Assembly: GCA_043228905.1 (NCBI GenBank)
Contig: JBHGNT010000005.1
Location: 2,604,001-2,668,000 of the forward strand
Source of the DNA: Azolla caroliniana
Taxonomy: Eukaryota > Plantae > Polypodiophyta
Direction: 5' to 3'
DNA: 64,000 bases
The first letter of the stretch is position 1. Each line of letters opens with the position of its first letter. This document shows positions 13,068 to 40,994 of the stretch, piece by piece. The notes below the pieces were generated by a model. That model ran no database searches and had not been told where the DNA came from. It worked only from the letters and a program-made list of their open reading frames with translations. Both the position numbers and the translations under genes were made by a program.

Positions 13068-13483
13068 TGCAGCTGCTTAGGAATAAGAAGAAGACGACGA
13101 CAATGAGGAGGAACGGATTAAAACAGGAAGAAGAAATGGATGGATTCAGAGAGAAATTGATTGGATTGAAAGAGGGACAATGATCATTTATCAGATGAAG
13201 GAATTCTTTGTCTGTAGCAGAGGAATTCAATTTGAAATGATTGGATAGAAAAGGATTTTTGAAGCAGAACGAGTGCAAACAATGAATGGCATGCAGTTCA
13301 GTTCAGTTTAGCTTAGCTTAGCTTTCATGGAACCTTGGAGAATATTTCCCTTCAATATTTTAATTTCACAATATAAATGAAGGATCACATGAAGGAGAAA
13401 GAACCCATCTGTCCCATGTGTTCCTTTTTTCCCTCTATTGTGACTACACAATCTCAACTAACAACTGCTTTCTCTCCTGCCCC

Positions 13484-13487
13484 TCTC

Positions 13488-13534
<47 letters not shown>
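13484..13534. repeat. Compound (CT)n(AT)n microsatellite upstream of the DUF247 gene
   Basis: Seen directly. Confidence 0.9.
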
Positions 13535-13535
<1 letters not shown>

Positions 13536-13704
13536 TTCTCTTGTTACTACCCAAATGATTGTTTTCACATCTGGAAGGCCCATGCCTATTTATATATCCG
13601 ACGTCCAAGTCTACTTTTTCGAACTCGTGCATAACATGAACCTCGCCCACGAAGGTTAACTCTAGAGTTCATTGAGATGAAAATCTTCCGCAACATCAAA
13701 TCGA

Positions 13705-13722
13705 GCTCTGACACCACATTGT
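13705..13722 (-). mobile_element. LTR-retrotransposon primer-binding site (tRNA-iMet type) next to an LTR end
   Basis: Minus strand reads ...GTGCACA ATG TGGTGTCAGAGC, one mismatch from the canonical TGGTATCAGAGC PBS and 3 nt from a CA LTR terminus. The extent of the element is not resolvable. Confidence 0.45.
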
Positions 13723-15540
13723 GCACATGGAAAATGGGTTCACTACTCTATGGTTAGGTATATGTTGGTTAGGTATAGTGCGAGCATGCATGTATGTGCA
13801 TGGTTTCAATTCATTGTTACCGATAACATATTAAAAGTAGAATTCCAGGTCATTCGTGTTATTCCTATATGCGCTTATCCTTTTTTGTTTCAAACACAAT
13901 TGCTTTGTGCTATATATTCCTAGATAAAAATATATAACTTAGTATCTAATTTCTTCTTCATTGGTTGCTACACAAGTAAAATTTGCACTTCAGGTTTTTA
14001 AGCAAACACATACTAAATTTGTGCCCAATGACATATAAACTAATACCCAACCGATCATAACCAGAGTTAGTATTTCATTTCATTTCGGAAGTGCTAGATT
14101 GACATGCACCCTCCAAGACAGTGACTTTGTTAGAAATTTATTTTGTTGTTGTATAATTGATTTTACTGCTTGCGTTTTATTTTTCAAGCCTTACCAGCAT
14201 ACCAATATTTATATGCATTTAAATTTAAGATTTCATAACTAGATGTTCTTAAAACACCAAAGGCTTAAATTTGTACACAATCATTCGTTAGTGATAACAT
14301 AAAAATGTCTCTTATACAATTCCACAGTACTTTAACACAATTTATTGATGTTACTTGTTCACATAAATTGTTAACATTATCCCTATTAGGTTTTACGCTT
14401 GAATTATAGTTTTTCTTAATATTTAATGCTTGGTGTTTCATAGGTAATGCATAATTGAGATGGGATCAACATCCATCGTGAGCTACTATGGGTGTTCGTA
14501 TGTAGTTGATGGCTAGGTGGGTTGTAGCTTTTAGTTGACTTACAAATCATTCGCAATTAACTTGTTTTCCTTGCCCATATTACAAAGGTAATGTGTAGGT
14601 TGGTTGGTTGTTTCACTTGATGACTTATGAATACTTGGTTGTTAACCTTGGAATAGTACGTTGGTTGATATATGTCCTTAGTCACAAGAGTAACATATAA
14701 GTTGTTGGCTTCAAACTCTTGAATGTTTGCATGTGGGACCATTATTCTTTGAATTTTGTTTCGACGTTTTCACTGGTGATGCTTACATTGTTGGGGTGCA
14801 TGAATCACGCCTAATGTTATTAGTAGGTAATGCCTCGTTAGGCATTTGGTATCATTTGACTTTTGAACCCATTGTTTTCGTTGCTTTTAGTAGATATGGG
14901 AATCATTGTTGGTGAAGGGTAACTATGTTGTGAACTATTCTAAGTACACACAGAGGTTGGGATGTACAAATACTCAAAGCAATATATATTGTCACGTATG
15001 ATAAATTAGTTTTTTCAGGTTCATTAGCAAATTTCCCCAAAAGATTTTGTTTAATGGAGATTAGTTTAGGAGCATCGTTCAAGAGTGAGGTTCCTAGTAT
15101 GTGTGTTTTTGCATCATTGTGGCTCATTAACTCCATTAACCCCTTTCTTATGGTCACAAGAGCAATGATTGAATATACAAGAATAAACTTGTATTGATGG
15201 AATATAGAAACAAGAAATAGAGACCATTTTCCTCTCTTTGAAATACTCGAGATTGTATGATGATTGGGATATGCACAATGTTTTTGTATGTGGCAATTAT
15301 TCTTAAAACTCTTTTTTGGGGGTGGATTGTTCCTCTTACCTATTCACAATGCAACAACGACACTAAAAAGTTGGTACCATTGTATTGTTTTCAACACACA
15401 TCTATCATTGATAAATAGAAGATATATTTTTGGTGTTCACAAGAAACCAATTGCAATCTATGACACAATCATAGCACATAACAAGGATCAAACTTCGGCC
15501 CTCTCAAATTTATTACTTCAATGCAACAATGTAAACCGAC

Positions 15541-15572
<32 letters not shown>

Positions 15573-15577
<5 letters not shown>

Positions 15578-15668
15578 TGTAGCTTAGTTTGTAAGGTTGC
15601 CCAACGGAGACTTGACAGTCGTGGGTTTAACCCTTACATTCTATAGTGGCATCTAGGAAATTAAGACG
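15573..15668 (+). mobile_element. tRNA-derived SINE-like element, copy A, directly after (GA)n
   Basis: A-box-like TAGCTTAGTTTG and B-box-like GGTTTAACCC; aligns with 63051-63152. Confidence 0.6.
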
Positions 15669-16809
15669 ATATGTATGAATGTAGCTTGGAGGGTAATGTT
15701 CTCTTATATGAATGTAGATGAGATAGTAAGGTTGAGAGAGTATGTATGCCCTTGCATCTATACATACCTAAACACTAATGTGTATCAAGGATCTATCATT
15801 TACGGAGAATTCATCATTAGCTTTGTTGCGATGGATATTCATTCTATAATCATTATAGATTATGGTTCCTTTGAAACAATCTATTCTTTTTGTACTCAAA
15901 TTGAAAATCATTCACCTCTTGTACTAATTGTTGACCACCACATGTTTCTTAATGTTCAACATGACAAGTCATGGAACTATTGACTTTGTGATACATTTTT
16001 GTTCTACGGCTTTGAACAATAATATTTGTTTCTTAGACATTCTTGTATTTGTGTTGAACATCATGACTCTTGCACTACTGTAATAGTTGTACTTACCTTG
16101 ACCAAACCTCCAATATCTACCGTGGCAAAAAACAATTTGCACGTTCCTTTACATAATCACAAGGGACAACATATTTTAGTTTAACGTCTTAGCCTCGAGT
16201 GACATTGAAGTGCAATTTTGCCTTTTGAAATAGTGGACAATCAATCTTTCTACCACAATATTTGAATGTTAGCAAATGAATATCGATTAAAAGTGTCATC
16301 AAACGAATGATTAAAAGAATATGAATAGTTCGGTTCTATAAAGCTTTCTCTAAGCTCTCATAGATCTTCATTGATATTAGTGATCACAAACTTGGCTAAT
16401 CAACAATGATCATGTTTATTTTGATCTTTATAAGTTCTATAAATTCACCTCATAATTGAACGTTAAAAAAAACTCAATTGATGATACAAGCTGCACGGTA
16501 AGGTGTTATAGGGTTGAGGGAGTAGGCATACTTGTGATGATAATGATTTTTTGATGGAAAAAGTTTGTAAATATTATGGCAAGCAAACACAATTGAGAAA
16601 TGCCAACTTCTTCACATGCCTATTGGGAAACTAATTGACATTAGCACGTAAGCAAGGTTAATGAGTCATAACCATGTTAACCAATAAAAGTCGTGGGGGT
16701 TGAGTTGTGCATGACAACATCCATGCATGCAAGTGACAATATATTGGGTAATGTGGTGGGAAAGCAACATCACGTGGGCCTTATAGTGATGCCACATGGA
16801 TAAGGGCTT

Positions 16810-17940
16810 CGATTGGTTCTTGTGGAGGATGACCTTCTCAATTTAGTGGAGTGGAAGCTTATTAGGGTGGTTGCAAAAACATGAAAGGTATGTATTATTG
16901 ATCCCTATCCTAAAAAGGTAAATCCTTTGTGGGCTATTTGGGTTTGTGGTAATAAACCCTTATTGGAGTTAGAGTGGGATCCATCGGAATAGTGGTGGAA
17001 ATATGATAATGGTAAGATGGTTTCTTTCTTTCGTTACTCTGTAAAATTAGGTAGGGAATTCCATAGAATGAAGAACCTAGTTATGTTGGCTGCATCTAAG
17101 GTATGGTCAAGTAATAGTATTCCTATGCATGCAATATTGACGTTTTGGAAATGGTTGCGGGCTCTGCTGATTCCTCGCAAAATCATTACATTTAGATGGT
17201 TATGTGTCAATTATGCACTTCTAGTCTTGGAATGGATGCATAGGGATGATGAAAGCAAAACTTCCTCTTTTTGTGGGTTTCATATAGAATCAATGCATCA
17301 TGCATTATGGAACTGTATGGCTGCAAGTTCAGTTTGGAAACATATGTATGGACCTAATGTGTTTTACATGGCGAAATGTCTTTTGGATTGAAGTAAGCAT
17401 GGATAAGCATAATTATGAAAGAGAAAATATTATTTACACTTCAAACTAGGGGAAGGCAAGTTAAGGATGTACCATATTCAGGCTCGAATTGGATGAATGT
17501 AGATGTCACAATATGCGTTACGATATCATTAGTGATTTTGTGGAATATATGGATAACTAGATGCAAAAATGTGTTTAAGCAAATAAAGCAGAATCCTGTT
17601 CATTGTGTGAAGGAAAGTTGGTCGATGCTTATTTCAATTTTAAAAGGTCAATATGACTCCTTCACTGGTAATGAAGATACCATTTTTCTTAAACAAATGT
17701 TCTTCAAAGGCAAGTTGAAGGTTTTGTTCATCGTTGTGGAAAGAAATGACAAAATGGTTTGACAATATCTACCTCCTCAATGATTGTTTCCTCCATAGGT
17801 GGAGTTTGTTTTACCTTATGACATATTGGGGAACGTAACCTTTTTTCTCTGTTATCTTCACCTTGACTAGATTGTATGCTTTGGATATGCTTATTGGATT
17901 GGTAATAGAAACTAAGGTGTAGTTATTGCTTTTTTTTTAA
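16810..17940 (+). mobile_element. 5'-truncated LINE (ORF2 C-terminus with zf-RVT), degraded
   Basis: LEWDPSE*WWKY, FWKWLRALLIPRKIITFRWL, FCGFHIESMHHALWNC, ILWNIWITRC, LKGQYDS, and terminal YLPPQ*LFPP; same motif order as the 41791 and 44151 copies. Confidence 0.85.
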
Positions 17941-18470
17941 GGGCTTCAATTGGTTGGTGGTATTATAGATAGTTCCCTTCACTCGCAATTTTCTCTGCAC
18001 AAGAAGGCCCCTTGTAAAATATGTCTCGAAACAACTCTACGGGTGACGAAGAAACCTACTCCAGGAACGGGGATTTTAAGTAATTCAACATGAGAAAGAA
18101 TATGTTGAACATATTCTACATGGCTTCATTTGTTATTCTCCATGCGGAGTCGTCATTTAAATTTGGTGATGGGATAAAGAAGTTTTGCCAGCACACCAAT
18201 CAAAATGTCACAAGGTTTGGGTGCAAATAGTGATTTCTTTGAGTATCTTAGCCTTTGATGGATAAATCTAAATTCCATGCAACAATGCCACATACTCATC
18301 CATGAAAACTTGCCTCTCCCCTCCCAAATGATATTTATATATAATGAGTCGTCCCTGTTATCATCACTTCACATTCATGTTTTCTCCAAATGATCCTTTC
18401 AAATTATGTGGTAGTTGACATCATATGGAAAATATAAAAAAATGCCAAAATAAGCTTGTAACACATCGAT

Positions 18471-18562
18471 CACAATTTGATTAAAGGTGAAAATGCATAG
18501 ATAAACTTGAGCCCCTCACAATTTGATTAAAGGTGAAAATGCATAGATAACCACGAGCCCCT
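18471..18562. repeat. 46-bp tandem duplication
   Basis: cacaatttgattaaaggtgaaaatgcatagataa.c..gagcccct occurs twice. Confidence 0.9.
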
Positions 18563-19599
18563 GCATATATAAGCAAAACATTCCAAATGCACAATAAAGA
18601 CAAACCTATTCTAAATTCTAATATTTCACCCCCGTGCATATAGTTAAACAAACCAAATTATATTGTTCCATCATGCGTAGTATATGTAGTTCATGCCTCA
18701 CAATCACCTCCAACATTTCATTTTATAAGGGCAACACGGGTGTCTGATTTGTATATGCATGTTTTGGAGTAAAATAATTGTGTTTCCCACACGTAGTTAG
18801 GGATTTATTTGGTCTTCCATCCAATAGAATTAATTGGTCTTCGACCATTCCTTCATTAAACCAATTTATTAATAGACATTTTTGTGACATTACTCTAAAA
18901 GTGACGAGATGTTGTGATAATTGCTATAAGCTAGACATTGGCATGGATTAACTATTTTGTTGCATCAAAAAACAACAATGCAATGTAATTGCATGGCGAA
19001 TGATGTTTATGTTGAGGCATGACTATAAGAACATAGTGGATGTGAATATATACATCAAGATATTTCTTAGATGATGATCATGCGGATATGCACGTAAGCA
19101 TGTGTCTATTGAGGTGTCCTAACATTATGTCAATGTGTAACTCTAGTAAGTGATGAATGGTGATGGTGGTACATGGTAAGATGCATCTCTTATATTTGGG
19201 AAGGACATATATATTTGTTGTGTTGCGGATTGGATCCCATTTTCATTTTTCATAATTTCTTCCTATGGAACTCTTCAACATGAACCAACACAGGGGGAAG
19301 GTGTGATCCCTCCCATTAATATCTTCTTTGAAAACATTATAAACCATTCCATTTTCTCTTCCACTCATCTGTCGTGCGAGAAGGAGAGTGTATCTTGTTA
19401 TACTTGTCATTTTAGTTTGTGTGAATTATCCTTCAGTGAAGCGTGCGGTAGCAATTAAGAAGATAATGGAAAACGACTTACACCGCCTAGAAACTATGGT
19501 TGGGGTACCTTTTACATTGGGACAACGGGCCACACCCACATTGAAACCCTTTGACCTCCCGCTTCTTTTCGAGAGACTTGGATGGAAATAAAACCAGGC

Positions 19600-19810
19600 C
19601 TAGTACAAAGCCATTTTCCTTTATAGAATATGTTACTACTTACACTATAACACGTTTTGTACAATACTAGAACTCTTTTAGCTTAAGTTCAACTTTATTT
19701 TAATTTTATTTTCGATGATTGGGTAAACACCCCATTTTGTTGTAAACCAATTTCTCATAGGCCAACTTTGGTCTTAGAAGATGTTAATATATCTTTATTT
19801 TTTTTTCTCT
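19600..19810 (+). mobile_element. Non-LTR retroelement 3' tail (family R), diverged copy upstream of MCCA
   Basis: Ends ataggccaactttggtcttagaagatgttaatatatctttattt, matching the family-R end ataggccattttggcctcttaaaagatgttaatat..ctttc. Confidence 0.55.
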
Positions 19811-20079
19811 CTCTCACAGTGTGAACGAAAAACATAGAATCTAGGTTATTGTTTTTTCTAATGTAGCTATGCATTTTCCTCAACTTTATCACGCCAATTC
19901 AGTAACTAACTAGTATGAGAAAATTTGTAGTCCATGGGTATTATCACTTAATAAGGACAGGCACATTACGTTTCATTTTGGACTTCACTATTAGAGTATA
20001 CAAGAGAGAATAGTGCATTGATTTGATTGGGGTTGGGGGACCTCAATTAGTATCATTATCCATACAGCGTGGACCAGAT

Positions 20080-20156
20080 GATGAGGTGGACAAGTGCGGC
20101 TGCTGACGCGGACGGATCTGCTGACGCGGCGGTTTGATCGAGATCGATGACGTGTC
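20080..20156 (+). promoter_or_regulatory. bZIP-type motif cluster in the MCCA proximal promoter
   Basis: CTGCTGACGCGG at 20100 and 20118, and GATGACGTGTC at 20146, in a GC-rich patch 80-150 nt upstream of the ATG. Confidence 0.55.
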
Positions 20157-20235
20157 GGCCTCATCGAAACGCAATGGCACTGCAGGTTTTCTGATGATTT
20201 GCTTTCCTTCGTGCTCGTATTCACTTCAACACACG

Positions 20236-34373
<14,138 letters not shown>

Positions 34374-35835
34374 GGCAAGTTATCTTCTTTAATAGCTGCC
34401 TCTTCCCGTCTCAGTTCTAACCTATTAAAGTTGAATTTCAGCAGGTAAATATCTAATTATCTCCCATTTTAAGAAATTGTCAATTCTTGCATGAGACGTA
34501 GCAGAGTTTGTCCATTTTCCTTAAAATTTTGATTTATTCTGTAACATTTTGTATGCAGTATTTAATGTTCACAACTCCTGTAAATTCTAATTTTTTTGAA
34601 AAAAAGGTTTCCATTCATTTCATAGTTGTGCTTGAAGAATAGCACCTTTATCCCTCCAACAATAATAGTAAATTACCTTCTATTGCTATCTATTTGTGGC
34701 CTATTTGTTGCCTGTTCCTTCTCAAACATCTCACTGTTGTGGTGTAAAGTTAACTTGCGATTAGGAACTGCCTCTGCTGCACATCTGAACAAATCATCAG
34801 TAAACCTTGGTCTGTGATTGGAATTCTTGGCAGAATTCATGAGCCAGTGAAGTTTTCACTGCTCAGAAGCTTCATGTATCTGTGTACCTGTGTTTACTAT
34901 TCTGAATGAGAGTCTACTGTTAAAAGCTTTAACCCTTTCCTGTACCTTCTAATCATGGTCTAATGTTAAAATCTTATGTTTAGTATCCTTGGCGCTTGAA
35001 TGCATAGTTGGTATGGACCCCTACAGATGTGTGATCGAGTTGTATCAATAAAATAAGTCTTCGAGGTTATATTCTCTTAAAATATAATATCTGTGTTCAA
35101 TGTGACACATTGCTCAATGAAATACCTTGTCTTTTTTACAGGTAGACCGTAGTATATCAACTTGAAGACATCCTCCATGATCATTATGTATGATATGTAT
35201 AGTATTATTGTTGAAAAGTTTCTTCTCAAAAGTGCAAATGGGAGGAACCAATCATAATGGGTGTCACATTGTATATAATATGTTCTCTCGTTGATGATGG
35301 GTCATAATGTATAGACAAATCATATCATACTAAAAAACTTGCAACTTTTCTAGACTTACTGGTGCATTCCTAAAGGACTATCATAGCCACAGAAACGCCT
35401 TATTTGAAAATACATTGGGTGTACTTGTGTTATATATGTTAGGGACAACGAGGGAAATTGTCAACGGCATATATGTGGATAATCAGTGGTATAAAGAAAA
35501 TAACTGTTTTTTAACCATGGGAATTTTAGCCTCCCTATCTCCAACTGAACAAAATAAAAAAAGTGAATCTTCAATTCATAAAATGAATCTAGTTTAGATG
35601 TCAATTGCATGTGAATTTTTTATCATGTGTCTGAAGTGGTCCCATATCAGAGAGCAAGTAGGATGCCTAGATTAGGTGGAATATAATTAAAGAGACCTAG
35701 AGGGTGTGGGAATGAAGGCAAAGGGGGAAATTGGTTGAGTAATAATCTTGATACTAAACAAGTATTAATTCCCCTAACACTTGATGTATGTGTCTTCATT
35801 TCTAGTAATGAAGTTCTCTAGATTAATGCAAATTT

Positions 35836-36072
35836 GGTTTACACCTAAACATGGCATGACTTAATAGCAATGTGTTTGTAACCTATGGTTATGATGAATG
35901 GGTCATGTCAAACTATTGTGAAGCTTGAAACCTAATTCCTATTAAATATGAGCACAATCAATAATGTGCAACTGGTTTTCACCTAAATTTTACATGATGT
36001 AATAACAAAGTGTTTCATATGGTTATGATGAATTGATAATGCCGAACCACGGAGAACCTTGAAACCTAATTT
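35836..36072. repeat. Degenerate ~137-bp tandem duplication
   Basis: tggttt.cacctaaa...catga...aata.caa.gtgttt...atggttatgatgaat....ttgaaacctaatt occurs twice. Confidence 0.7.
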
Positions 36073-37548
36073 CTTCATTAATTTTGATAGCTTAGACCAT
36101 TGCACTTGGTTGGCATCTCTCTTTGTGGAAGTCGATCAATAAGGACTCTCTTGTCATTCTTTTGAGAGAAAGAAAGCATTGTGTACTGTTTTATTATTTA
36201 TATGAATGGTGATATGCATAACCTTGACTATGTTGATCATTTTGGTATTGTAGCCAAAAAGAACCCACCAAGTTTCATATGGCATGGCTTAGTTTCAAAT
36301 TCCATTCAGTTTGAGTGAATCTAGACAATCAACAAGAATTCTCATAACCTTGTGTGTGGTGGTATTGATAGTATGGCAACCCATTATTTTAATGAGATGG
36401 GATGTATTGGGACCATTTGATAATGATATATTATAGAGCATTAGATTTTCCATCTTCTCCTTCAATGATGACAATATTGTAAGATTAATCTTCGTCTTAC
36501 ATGAGCAAAAATATGCATATGTTCAATATCACATTCATACCTTAGAAAGAATATTTTAGAAACACAAAGAAATAAAGTATATGAATGGTGCATTGGTCTC
36601 ATCCATGCAACCAAAACAAATTTTAAGTTCCCAACTATAACATAATTCAAGTTTGCAATCATGCATCTTTTATCATATTATTTGACTCCTAAATTTTAAA
36701 TTTATCGACCCTTTGCAATTTGTGTCAACTAATGAGGAGGGATGATAGCACCACCATATATCCTAGTGTTACTAGCAAAGTTAGGGGATTTAATGTCCTA
36801 AAAGACTATTGAATCTTGATCATGTGTAAAAATATGTCTGATAACTTCAAACTAATCATTAAGAAACGCATTGGACGCATCTTCAAGGTCGCATTGTCAA
36901 TGATTATTGTCATTTTGTCCATTCATATATGAATTGTATTCATTGACATTCATGTTTTGATTATCTCTTAACTTTGAATGTATGCAAAAGGATTATTTTT
37001 ATGTAATATTGACGTGTTATGTTATGGCAAGCTAATAAACCCATGATCACCATCCATTTTCTAGATCACAAATATAGAATTGCTTAGCTAAATGTCTCCT
37101 TTCACTTTCATTGAGAGGTGCATTTTTACAAACTAGATGCTACAAATAAGAGCATGCATATTCATGTTTGTGATGTATCAAACAACTCTATGAAATATGG
37201 AACCCACAAAATGATAAAAAACTCACCTCTCAAGTATTTGGAAAGGTCTTATGCAAGAGAAATACCTCAAAGTGCACTAGGAGTCTGAAGAGGAGAAATC
37301 GTGAAAGTATTACTGTTAAAATCTAATATATTTCTCCTATCTTTCCTTGAAGTGTGTAAACTCCTACTCAATATAGTACCTCTTAGTTATTTGACAACTT
37401 GTGTCACTTTCAACAACAAATGCAATGTTATAAGTAAGACCATATGTAGTTATGCTATTGCAGTATCGAACAAGTTATTGACATGGAAAAGTTAAAACCT
37501 CAAAGTGATAAAGGTCTACCCTTTGAGGTTGTTAGAATGTTTAGGTAG

Positions 37549-38003
37549 GGATGAAGGCCTTGATATGCATTGAGGATAATAGATGGAGCAATCATATATT
37601 GTGCACCTTAGAATCTAAAGATGTCCCCATCATTAGGAAGTAGTGAGTTGCGCCCCAACCCATCCTTCATAATGCCCTCGATCATATGATTGTAGGTTAT
37701 TTGCAAATGATAATTACTTTATGTCTTAATCAATAAACAAAATGAATTTAATTGATGTCTTGCAACTTCCCATATAACATGTGAACGGATGAAGACCTTG
37801 ATATGCACTGAGGATAATAGATGGAGGAATAATATATAGTGCACCTTAGAATCTAAAAATATTCACCCAGTGACCCAACCCATCTTTCATAATGCCCTTT
37901 GATCATATGATTGTAGGCTATATGCAACTGATCATTACTTTATGTCTTAATTAATAAACAAAATGAATTTGATGTCTTGCAACTTCCCATATAACATGTG
38001 AAT
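37549..38003. repeat. ~238-bp tandem duplication
   Basis: ggatgaag.ccttgatatgca.tgaggataatagatggag ... tgatgtcttgcaacttcccatataacatgtgaa at 37549 and 37787. Confidence 0.9.
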
Positions 38004-38990
38004 GGGTTCTCCATGTCAAGTGGGGCATATGGTAGCTTTGCCTAGGTGGTGAGGATCCCAAATTAGGCTAACAATGATTAAATACTTTATTACAAATTAA
38101 TCAATAGGGAGAGAATTGAGACTATATAATCAATAGATTGTATGAAGGTTCTTTATAAAGTCTACAAAGGTTATGTTGCTCACCTTCTCATGTTACTCCT
38201 ACATGATTGTTTAGACATCAAGTATTCATCCTCTAACAATTAAATGGGGATTCTAACTAAGGGTGTAAAAGAGGTCGCATATCCTAACCATCACCACCTT
38301 AAACCATGATCTTATGTTTCTCCCCATAAATCAAGGAGGGAATATCGCAACCTCTTTGGTCTCTACAATGCCTCTATTCGTTGAATTAGATCAAGAGATG
38401 CATAGGAAAGCAAACATTCAACAAATGTTGGAATTGAAAATGGGTCCTCAACTATTACAAGATTCTAGAGAACTTTGTGTTGTTATCGGACGATTTTCTT
38501 ACCCTTTCTACTCAATGAGATCCTTAAAGTATGGAACACAAGTTGAAGTGAATGATCAACAATTTGGTAGAGAAAAAATATATCTCAGAGACAAGTTGTG
38601 GAACCTCTTAGTGTTTCTCCCTTTTATGCTTGGTGATATCTTAAGAAATTTCTATGACAAATTCATTATTATAATGTTCATCATTATCATTGATCTTATT
38701 TAGCATTTATAACATTATGTGCAATTACTTTTATACTATGTCTTTAGATCGATATTGTGTCCTTACAGGGTATTATCTAGTCTATTGGTTTCAATTATAA
38801 TACATTTTGAGCATATCATGAGTGCGTTGATTGCTTGCTTGACAACAAAAGTAATGGTAGTCTAGATCGTAAAAATACAATTGTGGTGAATAAGTGTTTG
38901 TTTGGCATGTCAATGTGGTTCAGCTACCAATATGAAGTGAAACATTTCCAAATCTATAGACTCATGGTGAGGTTGTCAAAGGGCAACCCT

Positions 38991-39085
38991 TGGAGCCCAT
39001 GAGCAATCAACTTGGTGTATTCTTGGACACTATCCATTGGAGCCCATGAGCAATAAACTTAGTGTATTCTTGGACAACATCCCTA
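38991..39085. repeat. ~47-bp tandem duplication
   Basis: tggagcccatgagcaat.aactt.gtgtattcttggaca..atcc occurs twice. Confidence 0.85.
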
Positions 39086-39143
39086 ATTTCCTCATAATTA
39101 ATGTTGAAAAGGTTGACACTTCTCCAAAATGTATACATTAAAG

Positions 39144-39861
39144 TGTCACACTTGGCCCTTAGGATGAGGGGCATGGATATAAACATCTTGGGATGCCCAT
39201 GAGGTTTTAAGTATGTTTCACATACTAAGAATATTTCAAGGTTTTGGTACAGCCATGTGCAGAGAGAGAGAGAGGATCGTTGATAGTGATCTATGAGATG
39301 AGGCCTACCCCGATCAAACTTGGGTTCTACAATGTAAAGAACTAAGCCAACAACTTGAGGGAGGGAGAATGAAGAAAGGAATGAAATAGGAAGAGAGAGT
39401 TTCTCTTCATATGTGTGCATGTGTGCATGTTTTGACACCAAACCTCCTCATTACTTATGGCAATACACATGACCACATAACCATATATGTAAATGGTCCT
39501 TCTATTAAGGTATTATGTATATAATCAATTCTATATAGTTGAAGTAATCTAAAAATATGCTTTTTCCTCATCAAGCCATTGCATCCTCATAAAACCACTT
39601 CCATTGTTTCCATTTCTCACAAAATCTCTATGCAATATCCATCCCTTCTGAGCAAACATGTTTAATAAGTATAACTTCCTGAATATTATAGATAGATAGA
39701 TATTCTGTTGCATCCATAGAGAGGGACCCATAGAACCGCCAAGCATGTCCTCTGGTCTTGCCCATTGGTTCAACAAGTATGGAATAAGTCCTTTCATTAT
39801 TCTTAATGATCAATGTCGGCTACCTATTTTCATGGGGATCAGCGATGTGGGGAGTGTTACA
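39144..39861. mobile_element. Probable LTR relic
   Basis: TGTCACACT ... AGTGTTACA termini (8/9 inverted match) with a typical GGGGAGTGTTACA end; no TSD seen. Confidence 0.4.
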
Positions 39862-39899
39862 TTCCAGCTTGATGTTGTATGAGGCAATCGATATTCAAG

Positions 39900-40225
39900 A
39901 GGCAATGTTCAACAACCTCGAAAGCAGGTGCGATTTGTCCAAGTTTGGAAAACAACGACTACAGTAACGTTATGGGCATTATGGAAATGTTGATGTAACC
40001 GACTTTATGTTACGACATATCTTCGTCTCTCAGATGTCCTGCTTGAGATATGGGAGAACTTGCTGGCAATCATCTGTGGCCAATATGACAATATGCATGG
40101 TTCCCCAAAGACTGTGAACAAAGAGAAGGAAAAAGTTTCTTCACTTATGCAAACAGTTGCCCATGTTTACAAAGTCAACTCAAGGGCCTCAATGGCACTA
40201 TCAACTTCCATGGACCCTTTCTTGA
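39900..40225 (+). mobile_element. LINE ORF2 extreme C-terminal fragment
   Basis: TLWALWKC*CN...LLEIWENLLAIICGQYDNMHG...GPQWHYQLP. Confidence 0.75.
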
Positions 40226-40803
40226 ATATCAGCAAATTCCAACACTTTGAAGCACCAATTCTCAATGTGGTCAATGAGGCATACACATATGAGCTCAATT
40301 TTCTAGGTGTTCTCTTTAGTGTGACACTCAAATCATCATCCCCTCTTAATATATCATTGTAGCTTTCATGAATTGCACTATATGTAGAGCATGTAAAAAG
40401 CAAGTGATACTCATCCTTTGCTAGCCCTTCCTTGCATACCTTGCATGCATCTATATTTGGTTTATTGTGATTCCATAATGCAACTTCAACATCTAGGTTG
40501 TATGATCAAGTGTGAAGAGGGTTAGGACTCTATGAGAGTTAATACTCATGTTAGTAATGAGTAAGGTTGAATACGATCAATAGGCCTTCTTGCCTTATGT
40601 ACCTAACATTCACTATTGATGTTTGCAATGCAGTATTCTAATTTTCTCTTTTTAACATCTTTCCACTTCTTCAATGGTGGGTCCATTAACCTATATGAAT
40701 GTAGGCTAGAATATATGAAAAACCTTCGAATATCTTTACAACATTCCAAGGTGTAATAAACGCAATCTAATAAATCTTGGGGTTTATGTTGTGGTGGATC
40801 TCA

Positions 40804-40994
40804 ATGACAAATGTTTTAAGGTTCAAGAAACTTAGACTAGATTTGCAACATAGATTTGCAATGAGTTTAACCATAAAACACAAATTAGAGTATAAAAAAC
40901 TATGACAAACGTTTTAAGGTTCGAGAAACTTAAACTAGATTTGCAATGTAGATTTACAATGAGTTTAGCTGTAAAACACGAATTAGATTATAAA
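40804..40994. repeat. ~98-bp tandem duplication
   Basis: atgacaaa.gttttaaggttc.agaaactta.actagatttgcaa..tagattt.caatgagttta....taaaacac.aattaga.tataaa occurs twice. Confidence 0.88.

Noticed and set aside
11284-13278. Many overlapping ORFs on both strands inside DUF247
   Set aside because: Shadow frames of a GC-rich CDS.
20134-20235. N-terminal extension of the MCCA ORF in the track
   Set aside because: Starts at TTG within the motif-rich promoter; the ATG cluster at 20236 followed by a transit-peptide-like sequence is the better start.
38314-38703. 129-aa ORF
   Set aside because: No recognisable domain or splice context; probably decayed repeat sequence.
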